Shown here: positions 9,356 through 19,668 of the stretch, piece by piece | How the letters are laid out: every line of letters begins with the position of its first letter | Numbering within the stretch: position 1 is the stretch's first letter | Origin: Candidatus Asgardarchaeum abyssi | GTDB lineage: Archaea; Asgardarchaeota; Asgardarchaeia; Asgardarchaeales; Asgardarchaeaceae | Length of the DNA stretch: 44,442 nucleotides | Assembly (NCBI GenBank): GCA_040225955.1 | Contig: JBECUL010000015.1 | Span: forward strand, 1-44,442 | Reading direction: 5' to 3' | The notes under the pieces: model-generated | Told to the model about the DNA's origin: nothing | The model's database searches: none | What the model saw: only the letters and a program-made list of their open reading frames with translations | Translations under genes and position numbers: made by a program

Positions 9356-10591
9356 TTGTATTTGCTTAAAACATATAAGGAGTTTTATTTTACTTTAAGT
9401 ACACCGTTACCTTTAGATATCCATGAACAAATAGACAGCATGCTAAATAATATTCTTACCTCTGAAGTTTTATATAATCTATATTTACCCACTCGATATA
9501 TAAAGGAGATTAAGGCTTTTGTAATTAATTCTGTAAAAATATTTCACTTTATTCTGAACAGTAACTTAGATTTTATCCATCTTGATAAAAACACAGTTAA
9601 TGCTGCTTTTAATCTATGGTTTAATATTACAACAAGAAATAAAATCAAAGATATTGTCCTCAAAGAAGAATTTTTTCCTTTAGTTCCATCTAAATTTTCA
9701 TATCCTATGCTAATTAATAACGTAATAAATACATCACTTTCATATGACGCTAAAACATGTCTTGAAAAAATACTTGCTCAAAAGGAAGAGTCTATGAGAC
9801 TCCTGAAGATAAAATATGAAATAAAAAGGAATACATTAAAAACTTTAGGTTCAAGTATATTATTTTTAGGAAGAATAATAGCCTTGGAAGATAACAGAAC
9901 TTATATTAATGGTAACGACATAAAGATAGCGGATAACTTTTTGAGATTTTTGTTCTTCCGCTTTACGAAGGAAGATATTACTTTATTGGAGAAAACGACT
10001 AAGCTACATGAGCTTGATATTCTTAGAAAACTTAACAGTATCAAATTTGAAGATAAGACTCCGCAAAAGTTACAAGATTTCCTAAGTAAGAAATTTAATT
10101 TTTCAGCAAGTTTTGAAAAAATAACAATGGATACTATTAGAATATTATCAAGAGTTGTTTGTGTAAGGGAAAATGTTAAAATTGTGGACTCAGAGATATT
10201 TAACGAGGGATGGCGATATTTTTTATTAAATGTATTAGGAGCTATTCTAGGACTTAAAAGAACAGATATTCTTCTTAATGATTTTACCTATACTGGGCAA
10301 CTATTAAAAAAGATTAGTAAAATTAACATAGAAAGGGATAAAAGTATCAATTTTAGATTTAGCGAGCTCAAAAGATGGTTCCTGGAGTATGTTTCAAGTA
10401 TGGAAATCGAAGAAAAGGTACCAGGATATACAAAACTTATTAATGAAATAGTAAACTTTATCAAATTTCTATCGATTGTGTTTGCTTTCAGAAATAAATT
10501 TACTAAATGTAAATTAGAAAATATAAAAAGCGCTATAATTTTCTTTTTTGATATATTCTTAGAAAATATTAATCCTCCAATTGCGCAATAA
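9356..10591 (+). CDS. Hypothetical protein with four helical AAA+ lid-like repeats
   Basis: 411-aa ORF with recurring units such as LGRIIALEDNRTYINGNDIKIA. No Walker A motif. Confidence 0.6.
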   Translation: MYLLKTYKEFYFTLSTPLPLDIHEQIDSMLNNILTSEVLYNLYLPTRYIKEIKAFVINSVKIFHFILNSNLDFIHLDKNTVNAAFNLWFNITTRNKIKDIVLKEEFFPLVPSKFSYPMLINNVINTSLSYDAKTCLEKILAQKEESMRLLKIKYEIKRNTLKTLGSSILFLGRIIALEDNRTYINGNDIKIADNFLRFLFFRFTKEDITLLEKTTKLHELDILRKLNSIKFEDKTPQKLQDFLSKKFNFSASFEKITMDTIRILSRVVCVRENVKIVDSEIFNEGWRYFLLNVLGAILGLKRTDILLNDFTYTGQLLKKISKINIERDKSINFRFSELKRWFLEYVSSMEIEEKVPGYTKLINEIVNFIKFLSIVFAFRNKFTKCKLENIKSAIIFFFDIFLENINPPIAQ

Positions 10592-11273
10592 CCATTGCAT
10601 GATCCTTATCGTAGGGATCCAAAAGTATCGTGTCTATAATCTTAAAACCATTTTGCTCTAATGTTTCAATTTCTTTCTTAAAAATCTCTCTTGGAGATTT
10701 AGTTACATCTATGCTTCTCGCTTTTATTGCTAGGAAAATATATCCATTTCTTTTCAAATAAAATTTAGCGTTATTAACTAAAATTTCGGCTTGATTCGGC
10801 TGAGCTACGTCTTGATATATAACATCAACTTCTGAAACAAAATATCTATAGCTCTCGGGAAAACGCGCATCAGCAAGTATTGGAATCATATTATATCTAA
10901 TACGTGTAACATTTAAAAGCTCTCGAAGAGCTCTTGCTGAAAATTCTATACAATAAACTATACCATTTAAGTTAACAACGTCTGAAACATGACTAGCAGT
11001 AGTTCCCGATGCAGCCCCAAGATACAGCACTCTGTCGCCATCTTTAATAAGAGGACGATTAAAACCTTTATATATTGCAGCAGCTAACTTACTGCGGAAC
11101 GGATCCCATGTTCTATATTCATAATTTTCAATTTTTAGCAACCTCTCACCATAGACTACGTTTCCTACAAAAATATTCTTTGTAGCTAAATATTTTTGTG
11201 CCTCAGATAAAATCCAGTAGGTATTTGAGAGCTCTAATTTCCTTATTTCATATAAATTTGCAGACATTACCAT
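10569..11273 (-). CDS. flpA: Fibrillarin-like rRNA/tRNA 2'-O-methyltransferase
   Basis: VYGE, EYRTWDPFRSKLAAAI, VLYLGAASGTTASHVSD, DVAQPNQA, KARSIDVT. Confidence 0.98.
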   Translation of the reverse strand: MVMSANLYEIRKLELSNTYWILSEAQKYLATKNIFVGNVVYGERLLKIENYEYRTWDPFRSKLAAAIYKGFNRPLIKDGDRVLYLGAASGTTASHVSDVVNLNGIVYCIEFSARALRELLNVTRIRYNMIPILADARFPESYRYFVSEVDVIYQDVAQPNQAEILVNNAKFYLKRNGYIFLAIKARSIDVTKSPREIFKKEIETLEQNGFKIIDTILLDPYDKDHAMVIAQLED

Positions 11274-11276
11274 CCC

Positions 11277-12530
11277 CTACTTCTTCTTTTTCTTTTTTAA
11301 TTTAGTTTTCTTTGCCTTTTTATCTTTGCTTTTCTTAACAGAAACCGAAACCACTCTTTCTTTTTTGGGAGGCTTTGGATATTTTTTATAAAGCTCCTTT
11401 ATCCTTCGTTCTAAATCTCTATAAAGATCGTCACCTATATATGTTCCAGAAAAGGCGTCTACACGTGCTGCGATGGATAATTTTCCAGCAAACGCTCTAG
11501 CTACTTTTCCTCTTAACCACCTAGGTGCACCGTGTACTATTGGATGTTGGAAGATGACACCATGCTTAGGGGGTCTTCCTCTCTTCCTTAATGCAAGAAA
11601 AAGCGCTTTTTCAGCACCAAGTACTTGTATTGTGCTAGATGGCATTCTTGCTAATTCTTGCAAACCACCAGCAATTTTTATTAAACGAGCACCAATAAGA
11701 GGGCCTGCTAGTTTAGTTAAATTTGGTGCCATATCCTCCATAAGATCTGAGAGGTACCTTTCTAGATTATCCCTTAGAGCATATAGGTCCAGTCCTTCTT
11801 TTGCAAATTCTTTCATCTGCTTAATATCCATTTCTGTAAAATCGGCGCCTATCGATCTCTTAGAACTATCAATTATAAGTTCTATTCTACGATCTGGAAG
11901 TCCAATCTCTTGCAACTTATGAGTGTTTAATTTTTGACGTTCACCTATAAGGGAGACTATTTTTAAAAATGTTTTATGATTCTCCACTAAATCATTTAAT
12001 TCAGGGAAGTGATAACCGTACCATTCTCTTAGGCGTGAGGTCATTAGATTTATAATTTTGTTTAAGTCATCTATTGCGCTTATTGTTTGAACAATAAGAA
12101 GATCTCTCCTCTCAGACAAACGTTTTACTTTTGTTTCAGAAAATTGAGTTGCAATATTATAGATATATGAGTAATATTCCTTATTTGTTTGAAAAATATT
12201 ATTTTGCTTAGCAATCTCAATTATCTTTCTTCTAAAAAGTAAACCACCTTTTGACGGTTTTTCTATTAAGTAATTAAATTCAGGGTGGACACCATATTCT
12301 TTCATATAATTTATAATCTCATCATCTTCAAAAATTACGTATTCGTCTTTTTTAACTAAATTACTTAATTTATGATTTATTCTTTCAATTATATTTCTAT
12401 CATATCCTTCAATAAGATATTGTATAATTCTGTCAGATTTAAACTCACGGAAATCAATATCATCTAAAATTTTTCCATTATCGTCAAGAAAGTAAATTCC
12501 TGTTGCGGTTTCAACTACATAGATAACCAT
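11277..12530 (-). CDS. nop5: C/D box sRNP protein Nop5 (Nop56/58)
   Basis: RLREWYGYHFPEL, APNL, PSSTIQVLGAEKALF, PPKHGVIF, Lys-rich tail. Confidence 0.97.
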   Translation of the reverse strand: MVIYVVETATGIYFLDDNGKILDDIDFREFKSDRIIQYLIEGYDRNIIERINHKLSNLVKKDEYVIFEDDEIINYMKEYGVHPEFNYLIEKPSKGGLLFRRKIIEIAKQNNIFQTNKEYYSYIYNIATQFSETKVKRLSERRDLLIVQTISAIDDLNKIINLMTSRLREWYGYHFPELNDLVENHKTFLKIVSLIGERQKLNTHKLQEIGLPDRRIELIIDSSKRSIGADFTEMDIKQMKEFAKEGLDLYALRDNLERYLSDLMEDMAPNLTKLAGPLIGARLIKIAGGLQELARMPSSTIQVLGAEKALFLALRKRGRPPKHGVIFQHPIVHGAPRWLRGKVARAFAGKLSIAARVDAFSGTYIGDDLYRDLERRIKELYKKYPKPPKKERVVSVSVKKSKDKKAKKTKLKKKKKK

Positions 12531-12665
12531 GAACTTCACCCTAAGAATTTTTTACCAATAAAAACTATTAAATTGTACGTAATACTACTATTAAAAATAT
12601 TTATTTCAAAGTTTATTTTTTTCATAATTAACATTATAATAATAATTTCATTTAAGGGATTAGAA

Positions 12666-13568
12666 ATGCTATCAGAAAGGATTATGGAACACTATGAAAA
12701 TCTAATTGCCATTTCACAAGAGATATGGGATTCATTTAAGAAGTATAGTATGTTATTAAAATCCCCAGAAGTAGATATGGATAATTTAATTTCCATGAAT
12801 GAAAAAATAGCAGGGTTATTAAATGTTTTTCATAGCGAAATAATCAAACAATTTCCTGAGCTTGAAAACTCAGTAGCGCTTCTCTTATCAGATTTTAATG
12901 AATTTTTTAAAAGTGCAACTGAGCAGGAGATATCTACTATTCAGAATTTTATTAGATTGTGTAGAAAATATATGGAAATTTTGACTCATGTGGACTTTAT
13001 AGATTCTTATTTAAATGCAATATGGATTCTTAAAAATGAAAAAGAATTTTTCGAGCTTAAGTCTTCATCTTCCGACTTTGAATACTTTATAAAACAATTA
13101 AATGAAAAAAATGGCAGAATTAAGCGACTTAGAAATGAAGTTATAAAGCTTAGAAATGAAAATGACAGACTACTTAATAAAATTAGAATTATTGAGAATG
13201 ATAATAAACATCTATCGATAGAACTTAGGGAGATATACACTAAGTATGATAATATCTTATCTAAGGTTAAAGAGATAAAGAAATTAAAGGCCCAGAATAA
13301 ATTTCTTTTAGAAATCATTGAAGAAAAGAATAAAGAAATTGAACTTCTCAAGAAAGATGTTTCGGATAGCAAAATAAAGTGGGAGGCAGAGATTAATCAT
13401 TTGAGACAAGAAATTAAAAATCTAAAAGAAGAACTTGAAAAATGTAAGGCAAAATTAACAGATAATGCATTTAAGAGTGTAGTTAATTCGATCAAATATT
13501 TAAGAGAATATATTAGAAGGATAGAAAGTGAAAATAGAAAGTTAAAGGAGGCTTTAATGAAAAAATGA
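12666..13568 (+). CDS. Hypothetical coiled-coil protein (probable start 12666)
   Basis: C-terminal ~150 aa is a K/E/L heptad region. The stop overlaps the moaB start (ATGA). Confidence 0.7.
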   Translation: MLSERIMEHYENLIAISQEIWDSFKKYSMLLKSPEVDMDNLISMNEKIAGLLNVFHSEIIKQFPELENSVALLLSDFNEFFKSATEQEISTIQNFIRLCRKYMEILTHVDFIDSYLNAIWILKNEKEFFELKSSSSDFEYFIKQLNEKNGRIKRLRNEVIKLRNENDRLLNKIRIIENDNKHLSIELREIYTKYDNILSKVKEIKKLKAQNKFLLEIIEEKNKEIELLKKDVSDSKIKWEAEINHLRQEIKNLKEELEKCKAKLTDNAFKSVVNSIKYLREYIRRIESENRKLKEALMKK

Positions 13569-14125
13569 ATCAAAAGAAAAATGATATACCAGATGTTATC
13601 AAAGAACACAGAAAAAATGCCCCATCTAAAGTTAATTTTTCGCTTATTATTATAAGTGATACGAGGTATAAAGAGTTCTTAGAAGGTGAGGTAAAGAGCG
13701 ATTTAACAGCTAAAATTGTAAAGGAAATAATAAGCAAGTATGGTCACGAAATAACTAGCATAGAGTATGTTCCAGATGATGTCAAAGAAATAAGAAAAAG
13801 TATACTTAAGCTAATATATTTCAACAGTGATAGAGCAGTAGACGTTATTGTTACGAGTGGCGGTACAGGAATAACATCAAGAGATATTACGATAGAGGCC
13901 ATAAAAACGCTGTTCAAAAAGGAGTTAACTGGTTTTTCTACTCTCTTCCATAAACTTAGTTTTGAAGATGTAGGTCCTGCATCATTTATTTCTAGAGCAA
14001 CAGCAGGAATTATAGGCAAAGTTGTAATATTTTGTTTACCCGGATCGCCTTCTGCTGTAAAATTGGCTCTTGAGAAGATCATATTACCAGAAATTGGGAT
14101 GATTGTAAAACATGCAAGAGAGTAA
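13565..14125 (+). CDS. moaB: Molybdenum cofactor biosynthesis protein MoaB/MogA
   Basis: IISD, VPDD, TSGGTGITSRDITIEA, SRATAG, FCLPGSP. Confidence 0.95.
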   Translation: MNQKKNDIPDVIKEHRKNAPSKVNFSLIIISDTRYKEFLEGEVKSDLTAKIVKEIISKYGHEITSIEYVPDDVKEIRKSILKLIYFNSDRAVDVIVTSGGTGITSRDITIEAIKTLFKKELTGFSTLFHKLSFEDVGPASFISRATAGIIGKVVIFCLPGSPSAVKLALEKIILPEIGMIVKHARE

Positions 14126-14129
14126 AAAA

Positions 14130-14969
14130 ATGAGATTTGCTGTGAAAGTAGCATATGTAGGCTTCAACTATAACGGGTATCAAAGGCAAAAGCACACTCA
14201 AAATACTATTGAAAGTAAAATAATAGATGCTCTAAAAAGATCAAATTATATTAGCTCCTTACCAGAGTCAAAACTTCAAGCAGCGAGTAGAACTGATAAA
14301 GGTGTTAGCGCTATAGGGCAAGTGATTGCATTTAGTACAGATAAGTCTAAAATCTATTTAGGAAAAATTAATCATTATTTACCAAGCGATATAAGAGCAT
14401 GGGCGTACACAGCTGTCGGTAATGATTTCAATCCTAGAAAACAAGCGTATTTAAAGCATTACGTATATATTCTTCATAATGAGGAAATTAATGATTTTCA
14501 AAGGATAAAAGAGATAGCAGATATCTTAAAGGGAGAACATGATTTTAAGAATTTATATATTAGGGATAAAAGAAAAGTTATTACAAAGATTAAAATAGAT
14601 AAAATTGACGTTGTGAAAAATAACTCATTTATTCTTGTACACTTTTTTGCTGAGAGATTCTTGTATGGTCAAATCAGAAAAATTATATCTTTAATGTTGA
14701 TGTATGATAAGCACAAAATTTCGGATACGCAAATATTGAAGATTCTCTCTGGCAAATGTATAAGGATAAATATACCACCAGCTGATTCTAAGAGACTTAT
14801 ACTATTGGATGTGTTTTTTCATAATCTGAAATTTAATCCCTCAAAGACAATTATTAAAAAATTCATTCAAAAATTAACTTTGTCTTACATTGACCATCTC
14901 ATGAAATCTAAAGTTTTGCTAGAAATGAAACATGAAATAAGTAAAAATTTAGAGAAAAGTTTCTTTTAG
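14130..14969 (+). CDS. truA: tRNA pseudouridine(38-40) synthase TruA
   Basis: AYVGFNYNGYQRQ, catalytic ASRTDKGVSA, GEHDF, FLYGQIRKI. Confidence 0.93.
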   Translation: MRFAVKVAYVGFNYNGYQRQKHTQNTIESKIIDALKRSNYISSLPESKLQAASRTDKGVSAIGQVIAFSTDKSKIYLGKINHYLPSDIRAWAYTAVGNDFNPRKQAYLKHYVYILHNEEINDFQRIKEIADILKGEHDFKNLYIRDKRKVITKIKIDKIDVVKNNSFILVHFFAERFLYGQIRKIISLMLMYDKHKISDTQILKILSGKCIRINIPPADSKRLILLDVFFHNLKFNPSKTIIKKFIQKLTLSYIDHLMKSKVLLEMKHEISKNLEKSFF

Positions 14970-16178
14970 GAGAGCTAACATCTCTGGAGTGAGATCCCAT
15001 CTCTTAATAAGTATTTCTTCAAACTTCTTATTATTGGATGCAACTATGGTTAAATACGGTAAAATTTCAGATACAGAATCTCTTGCAGATAAATGTGCAT
15101 ATCGTTTAACAATCTTTCCTATTTCTAATAACTTTTGACGCTTCTCTTGAACAGCTATTTGCTTTCTGATCCAAGTTGGGAAAGCGGATTTTATAAATCC
15201 TTTTATGGGTTCTTTTCTAGCAGCAGCAACACCAGCTGACATAAGAGCAAACGTATATACCAAGAGACGCCAATACTGACCAAATTTAGCTCTACTTAGG
15301 AAGATACTAGCTTTAGATAATTTATCAAAAGCATATGCTATTTCTTCGTTTGTTTTAAAAAATCTAGGAATATTTTCACTTAGCCATCTCATTAAGAGTT
15401 CATAATCAACTTCAGATGACATAACAGCTGATACCGCACTTTCAGCGCTTTTAGCATAAAATATTCTAGATAAAGTTTCGAAAATATTTAGTTCTCTATC
15501 ACGTCTGCTTAAATGTAAATCACTTAATTTTAGTTCTTTTCTACCTTGACAAAAAGCTTGAAGATCGTTAATTGCAGCTCGCAAATCACCACCAGAATTT
15601 TGAGCTATTTTTCTAAGAGCTTCAGGCTCTGCCTTTATTCCCTCTTTTTCACATATTCTTCTTAATACAGTGACAATCATATTTTCAGTTAGTCTATTAA
15701 AAGATGCAATCTCACACTTCTCTCTAAGACTTCTGAATGATGGATCCCAAATATTATTAGATGTCATTACGATGGGATTTCTGGTTATATCTATAATTCG
15801 AATTACCTCACGAAGCCCTCCTCTATCAGCTCTACTTGAAATCCCGTCTATCTCATCTAAAAGAATAATTCTCATTTTTGCGCCAGTCAACGTAGAAAGA
15901 GACGCTGCAGATCCAACAACTTGTTTAAGCGTTTCAGCATCACGTTTGTCACTAACATTTAATTCTATTACTTCTAAATTATATTCGTTTGCTGCAGCAT
16001 ACACTAAAGATGTTTTACCAGTTCCAGCTGGTCCATCAAGGACTATGGCTTTTTTCTTAGGTGGTTTTCCACCGAGCCATTGTTCTAACCATTTAACAAA
16101 TTGAGATATCGCTTTTTTATTACCAATTACTTCAGATATTCTTTTTGGGCGATACTTTATAGTCCATGGTAATACCAT
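14949..16178 (-). CDS. rfcL: Replication factor C large subunit
   Basis: PWTIKYRP, GPAGTGKTS, IELNVSDKR, LLDEIDG, GDLRAAINDLQ. Confidence 0.95.
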   Translation of the reverse strand: MVLPWTIKYRPKRISEVIGNKKAISQFVKWLEQWLGGKPPKKKAIVLDGPAGTGKTSLVYAAANEYNLEVIELNVSDKRDAETLKQVVGSAASLSTLTGAKMRIILLDEIDGISSRADRGGLREVIRIIDITRNPIVMTSNNIWDPSFRSLREKCEIASFNRLTENMIVTVLRRICEKEGIKAEPEALRKIAQNSGGDLRAAINDLQAFCQGRKELKLSDLHLSRRDRELNIFETLSRIFYAKSAESAVSAVMSSEVDYELLMRWLSENIPRFFKTNEEIAYAFDKLSKASIFLSRAKFGQYWRLLVYTFALMSAGVAAARKEPIKGFIKSAFPTWIRKQIAVQEKRQKLLEIGKIVKRYAHLSARDSVSEILPYLTIVASNNKKFEEILIKRWDLTPEMLALLKETFL

Positions 16179-16199
16179 ATACACGCACCCAACTATAGG

Positions 16200-17165
16200 C
16201 TATTTTCTTTGGTTTACACCAATTACTGTGAATTTTGCAAGTAAAGCACTTAATTGAATCTCGCTGTCAGCACCTTCTACTAATCTATACTCCACCTCAC
16301 CAATATGATCTATTAACTCAACTTTTAACCGTTCATCTATTGGGAGTTTAAAAATCTCTCTATGAATTTGTTTAACAACATCTGTAGCAGATAGACCATA
16401 TTTTATTAAAAGTTCATAAAGCTTCTCTCTAGCGTCCATAAATCTTCCAGAAAATGCAAGTTGAAGCATTTCTCTCACTTCTTCAGGACGCGCTCTTCCT
16501 ACAACTTTGAAAACAACATCTGATGTTATTGTCTCTCCTAGTGCTGATGATGCTTGTAAAATATTTATAGCATGTCTCATGTCGCCTTCAGCAGCGTAAA
16601 TTATAGCATCTAAGCCGTCTTCAGTTATCTCTACACCTTCCTGCTCGGCAATCCAAAGTATACGTTTTTTCATATCTTCATCTTTCAGTGGTGCAAATCT
16701 GAAGATCGCACAGCGAGATTGTATAGGTTCAATTATCTTACTTGAATAGTTACAAGTGAGACAGAAACGACAAGTATCAGCATATTGTTCCATAATTCTT
16801 CTTAACGCTTGTTGAGCATCTGAAGTTAAATTATCAGCCTCATCTAGAACTATAATTTTAAAAGGAACATCACCAAAAGGTAGTGTTGATGCAAATTGCT
16901 TAACAGTTGTTCGGATAACTTCAATTTTCCGCTCATCAGATGCATTTAATTCTAAATAGTTTCTCCGCCAATTTTCACCATACAAGTCTCTTACAAATGC
17001 CAAAATAGCTGTTGTTTTACCAGTTCCAGGTGGACCAGCAAAAAGCATATGTGGTACATTTCTTTCTTTTACAAATACTTTCAGTCGCTTAACAATTTCT
17101 TCTTGATTAACAATCTCATCTAGTGTTTTAGGGCGATATTTCTCTGTCCACATTACTTCACTCAT
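16200..17165 (-). CDS. rfcS: Replication factor C small subunit
   Basis: [35 protein letters not shown]. Confidence 0.98.
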   Translation of the reverse strand: MSEVMWTEKYRPKTLDEIVNQEEIVKRLKVFVKERNVPHMLFAGPPGTGKTTAILAFVRDLYGENWRRNYLELNASDERKIEVIRTTVKQFASTLPFGDVPFKIIVLDEADNLTSDAQQALRRIMEQYADTCRFCLTCNYSSKIIEPIQSRCAIFRFAPLKDEDMKKRILWIAEQEGVEITEDGLDAIIYAAEGDMRHAINILQASSALGETITSDVVFKVVGRARPEEVREMLQLAFSGRFMDAREKLYELLIKYGLSATDVVKQIHREIFKLPIDERLKVELIDHIGEVEYRLVEGADSEIQLSALLAKFTVIGVNQRK

Positions 17166-17309
17166 AGCTCATCCCTCAAGCAATCATACATATACGAAAC
17201 CTATTTAAATAGTTTGTTTGAAGTAAAACATAATTACTTGGATATCTTAGCTATGTACAGTATCCATAAATATATAATTATTTTCTTAAGAATTAAAAGT
17301 GATGGTGGT

Positions 17310-17501
17310 ATGATGTCAAGAGCTAAGAGAAGAAGAGAAGCTCCAATGCCTATGGGCGGAGCTGGATTGATTCGATTCTTCCAAGATGAAAGCGAAGGAA
17401 TTAAAATTGGTCCAGTTACAGTAACTATTCTCTCAATAGCGCTTATCTTAGTAGTTATTATCGCTTGGGCCCGATCCTTAGGTCTTTTACCATTCTTCTA
17501 A
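17310..17501 (+). CDS. secG: Preprotein translocase subunit Sec61beta (SecG)
   Basis: GAGLIRFFQDESEGIKIGP followed by a single C-terminal TM. GGTGG SD precedes the ATG at 17310/17313. Confidence 0.92.
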   Translation: MMSRAKRRREAPMPMGGAGLIRFFQDESEGIKIGPVTVTILSIALILVVIIAWARSLGLLPFF

Positions 17502-17622
17502 AATAAAAGATATAGTTTATTTGCGTATCTTTCATGAAACATAAATTCTTAATTGTCTTTATTTATTCAAAGGATGCATTAATCAGTTCTAACATTGCTA
17601 TAAATATATAGGGGTTATTTAA

Positions 17623-17913
17623 ATGCATACCTCAGAATTACAAGAAATGATGTATAATATTTATTTTAAAAGAGATAGACAACGAGGTATTGAAAAAACC
17701 TTTATGTGGCTGGTAGAAGAGATAGGAGAATTAGCAAAAGCCATTCTGAAGGGGGATAGAGAGTCACAAAAAGAGGAAATAGCTGATGTCTTTGCATGGT
17801 TGCTTAGCTTAGCTAATTTGCTGAATATCAACCTAGAAAAAGTGTTAATTGAAAAATACCCAAATAAATGCCCTCGTTGTGGCAAAAATCCATGCAGCTG
17901 CTTAGAAAAATAA
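17623..17913 (+). CDS. MazG-like nucleotide pyrophosphohydrolase
   Basis: WLVEEIGELA...EEIADVFAWL with a C-terminal CPRCGKNPCSC. Confidence 0.9.
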   Translation: MHTSELQEMMYNIYFKRDRQRGIEKTFMWLVEEIGELAKAILKGDRESQKEEIADVFAWLLSLANLLNINLEKVLIEKYPNKCPRCGKNPCSCLEK

Positions 17914-17926
17914 AAAATATTAATAA

Positions 17927-18295
17927 TTGGTGGAAAAAATGGTTTTTCCAGTAGTATATAACAAGAAGATAGATAAAGAGAATTTTACAATATATGTAAC
18001 AGCGCTATTTCTTGAGAATGGAATTATTTTTCTTGCTACCGATAAGACATTTAGACTAGGAAACTTGGCAATAGCAATACCTTCTTTTAAGGCACTACCT
18101 TCTTCAACATCGGTACCGCTTTCAATCTTTGGTGGGCAAGAGGACATAATTGCAAAAATAATAACAGAGAAAATATCGAGCCTTTCTGGTAAAGCGGTTG
18201 TCTCATTCATAAGCCTCAGTAGTTATGAAAATGAAAAAGTTATAGCGTGCATTGAAGCTTTTAAACAAATTTTAAAGGAAATTAATAAACAGTAA
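17927..18295 (+). CDS. Proteasome assembly chaperone 4 (PAC4/PSMG4)-like protein
   Basis: Size (~122 aa) and the pattern RLGNLAIAIP...STSVPLSIFG...AKIITEKISSLSGKAVVSFISL resemble PAC4. Confidence 0.6.
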   Translation: MVEKMVFPVVYNKKIDKENFTIYVTALFLENGIIFLATDKTFRLGNLAIAIPSFKALPSSTSVPLSIFGGQEDIIAKIITEKISSLSGKAVVSFISLSSYENEKVIACIEAFKQILKEINKQ

Positions 18296-18330
18296 GTGAA
18301 ATTAATTTTTATAGTTGAAGAGGGAACATC

Positions 18331-19662
18331 ATGCTTAGAGAATTTATTGAAAAAATCGATAAAAAAGGCATTATTAAATGTATTGAGAGACCTCTTTCAA
18401 TTAAATATGAAATTGCGATTGTTATGAAAAAGTTTGACGGAATTCCTTTATTATTTAAAAAAGTAACTGAATCGCCTCAGTTTAGGATAATATCAGGAAT
18501 CGCTGGTAATAGAAACTTAATAAGAGAAGCGCTTAACATAAAACAAGAAAATCTTTATGAAAAAATAATACATGCAGCAGAAAATCCAAAAAAACCTAAG
18601 GAAGTTTCGGATGCTCCATTTTTAAAAAATACCAAAGATACTTTAAAAGAACTTCCTATACTAACACACTATGAAAACGATGGAGGACCATACATAACGG
18701 CAGCGCTTGTATATGCTAGAGATACAGATACAGATACTCAAAATGTATCTTTTCATAGGATGATGGTTATCGATGATAGACATTTAGCCATTAGGATTGT
18801 TCCAAGGCATCTATTTACAATTTTTAAGAAAAATAAAGAAAAGGGAAAAGATACTCCAGTTACTATAGTTATAGGTGTTCACCCCGCCGTACTTATAAGT
18901 GCTGCTTATCCTCTTGAGTTTGGAATGGATGAAACTTGGATGGCAAATAGCTTACTTGATGGAAAACTGGAAGTTATAAGTTCGCCTATTAATAATATCG
19001 AAGTACCATCACATTCGGAAATTATAATTGAGGGATTTATTGATTGCAACAAAGAAGTTGATGAGGGGCCATTTGTTGACATTACAGGCAGTTACGATAA
19101 GGTACGAAAACAGCCGATCATAGAGGTAGAAAAGGTCTATTTTAGAGAGAATCCAATATATCATGCTATTTTACCAGCTGGGGAGGAACATAAAATCTTA
19201 ATGGGCATGCCGAGAGAGGTCAAAATTTGGAGTTTTGTCAAACAAGTAGTACCAGAAGTTAAGGAAGTTTCTCTTACCTCAGGAGGATGTGGATGGCTAC
19301 ATGCTGTAATTTCAATTAAGAAACATACAGAAGGTGATCCAAAGAATGCAATAATAGCAGCTTTTGCGGCTCATCCTAGTTTGAAGCACTGTGTTGTTGT
19401 GGATGATGATATAGATGTGCATAATCCTAGTGATGTTGAATGGGCAATAGCTACAAGATTTCAAGCAAGCGAGGATTTAATAATTATTAATAATGTAAGA
19501 GGATCCAGCTTAGATCCATCTGCAGACCAAGAAACACTTATAACTACTAAAGTAGGCATTGATGCAACAATTCCTTTATCTAAGAGAAAAGAAGATTTTA
19601 TTAAAGCAAAACCTCCTGCAGAAATAGAGAGAAAAATATTAAAAATATTAAATAAAAGCTAG
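18331..19662 (+). CDS. UbiD family prFMN-dependent decarboxylase (possibly anhydromevalonate phosphate decarboxylase)
   Basis: DGGPYIT, NVSFHRM, EGPFVDITGSY, VVVDDDIDV, VEWAIATRFQ, GSSLDPS. Confidence 0.92.
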   Translation: MLREFIEKIDKKGIIKCIERPLSIKYEIAIVMKKFDGIPLLFKKVTESPQFRIISGIAGNRNLIREALNIKQENLYEKIIHAAENPKKPKEVSDAPFLKNTKDTLKELPILTHYENDGGPYITAALVYARDTDTDTQNVSFHRMMVIDDRHLAIRIVPRHLFTIFKKNKEKGKDTPVTIVIGVHPAVLISAAYPLEFGMDETWMANSLLDGKLEVISSPINNIEVPSHSEIIIEGFIDCNKEVDEGPFVDITGSYDKVRKQPIIEVEKVYFRENPIYHAILPAGEEHKILMGMPREVKIWSFVKQVVPEVKEVSLTSGGCGWLHAVISIKKHTEGDPKNAIIAAFAAHPSLKHCVVVDDDIDVHNPSDVEWAIATRFQASEDLIIINNVRGSSLDPSADQETLITTKVGIDATIPLSKRKEDFIKAKPPAEIERKILKILNKS

Positions 19663-19668
19663 GAATAT

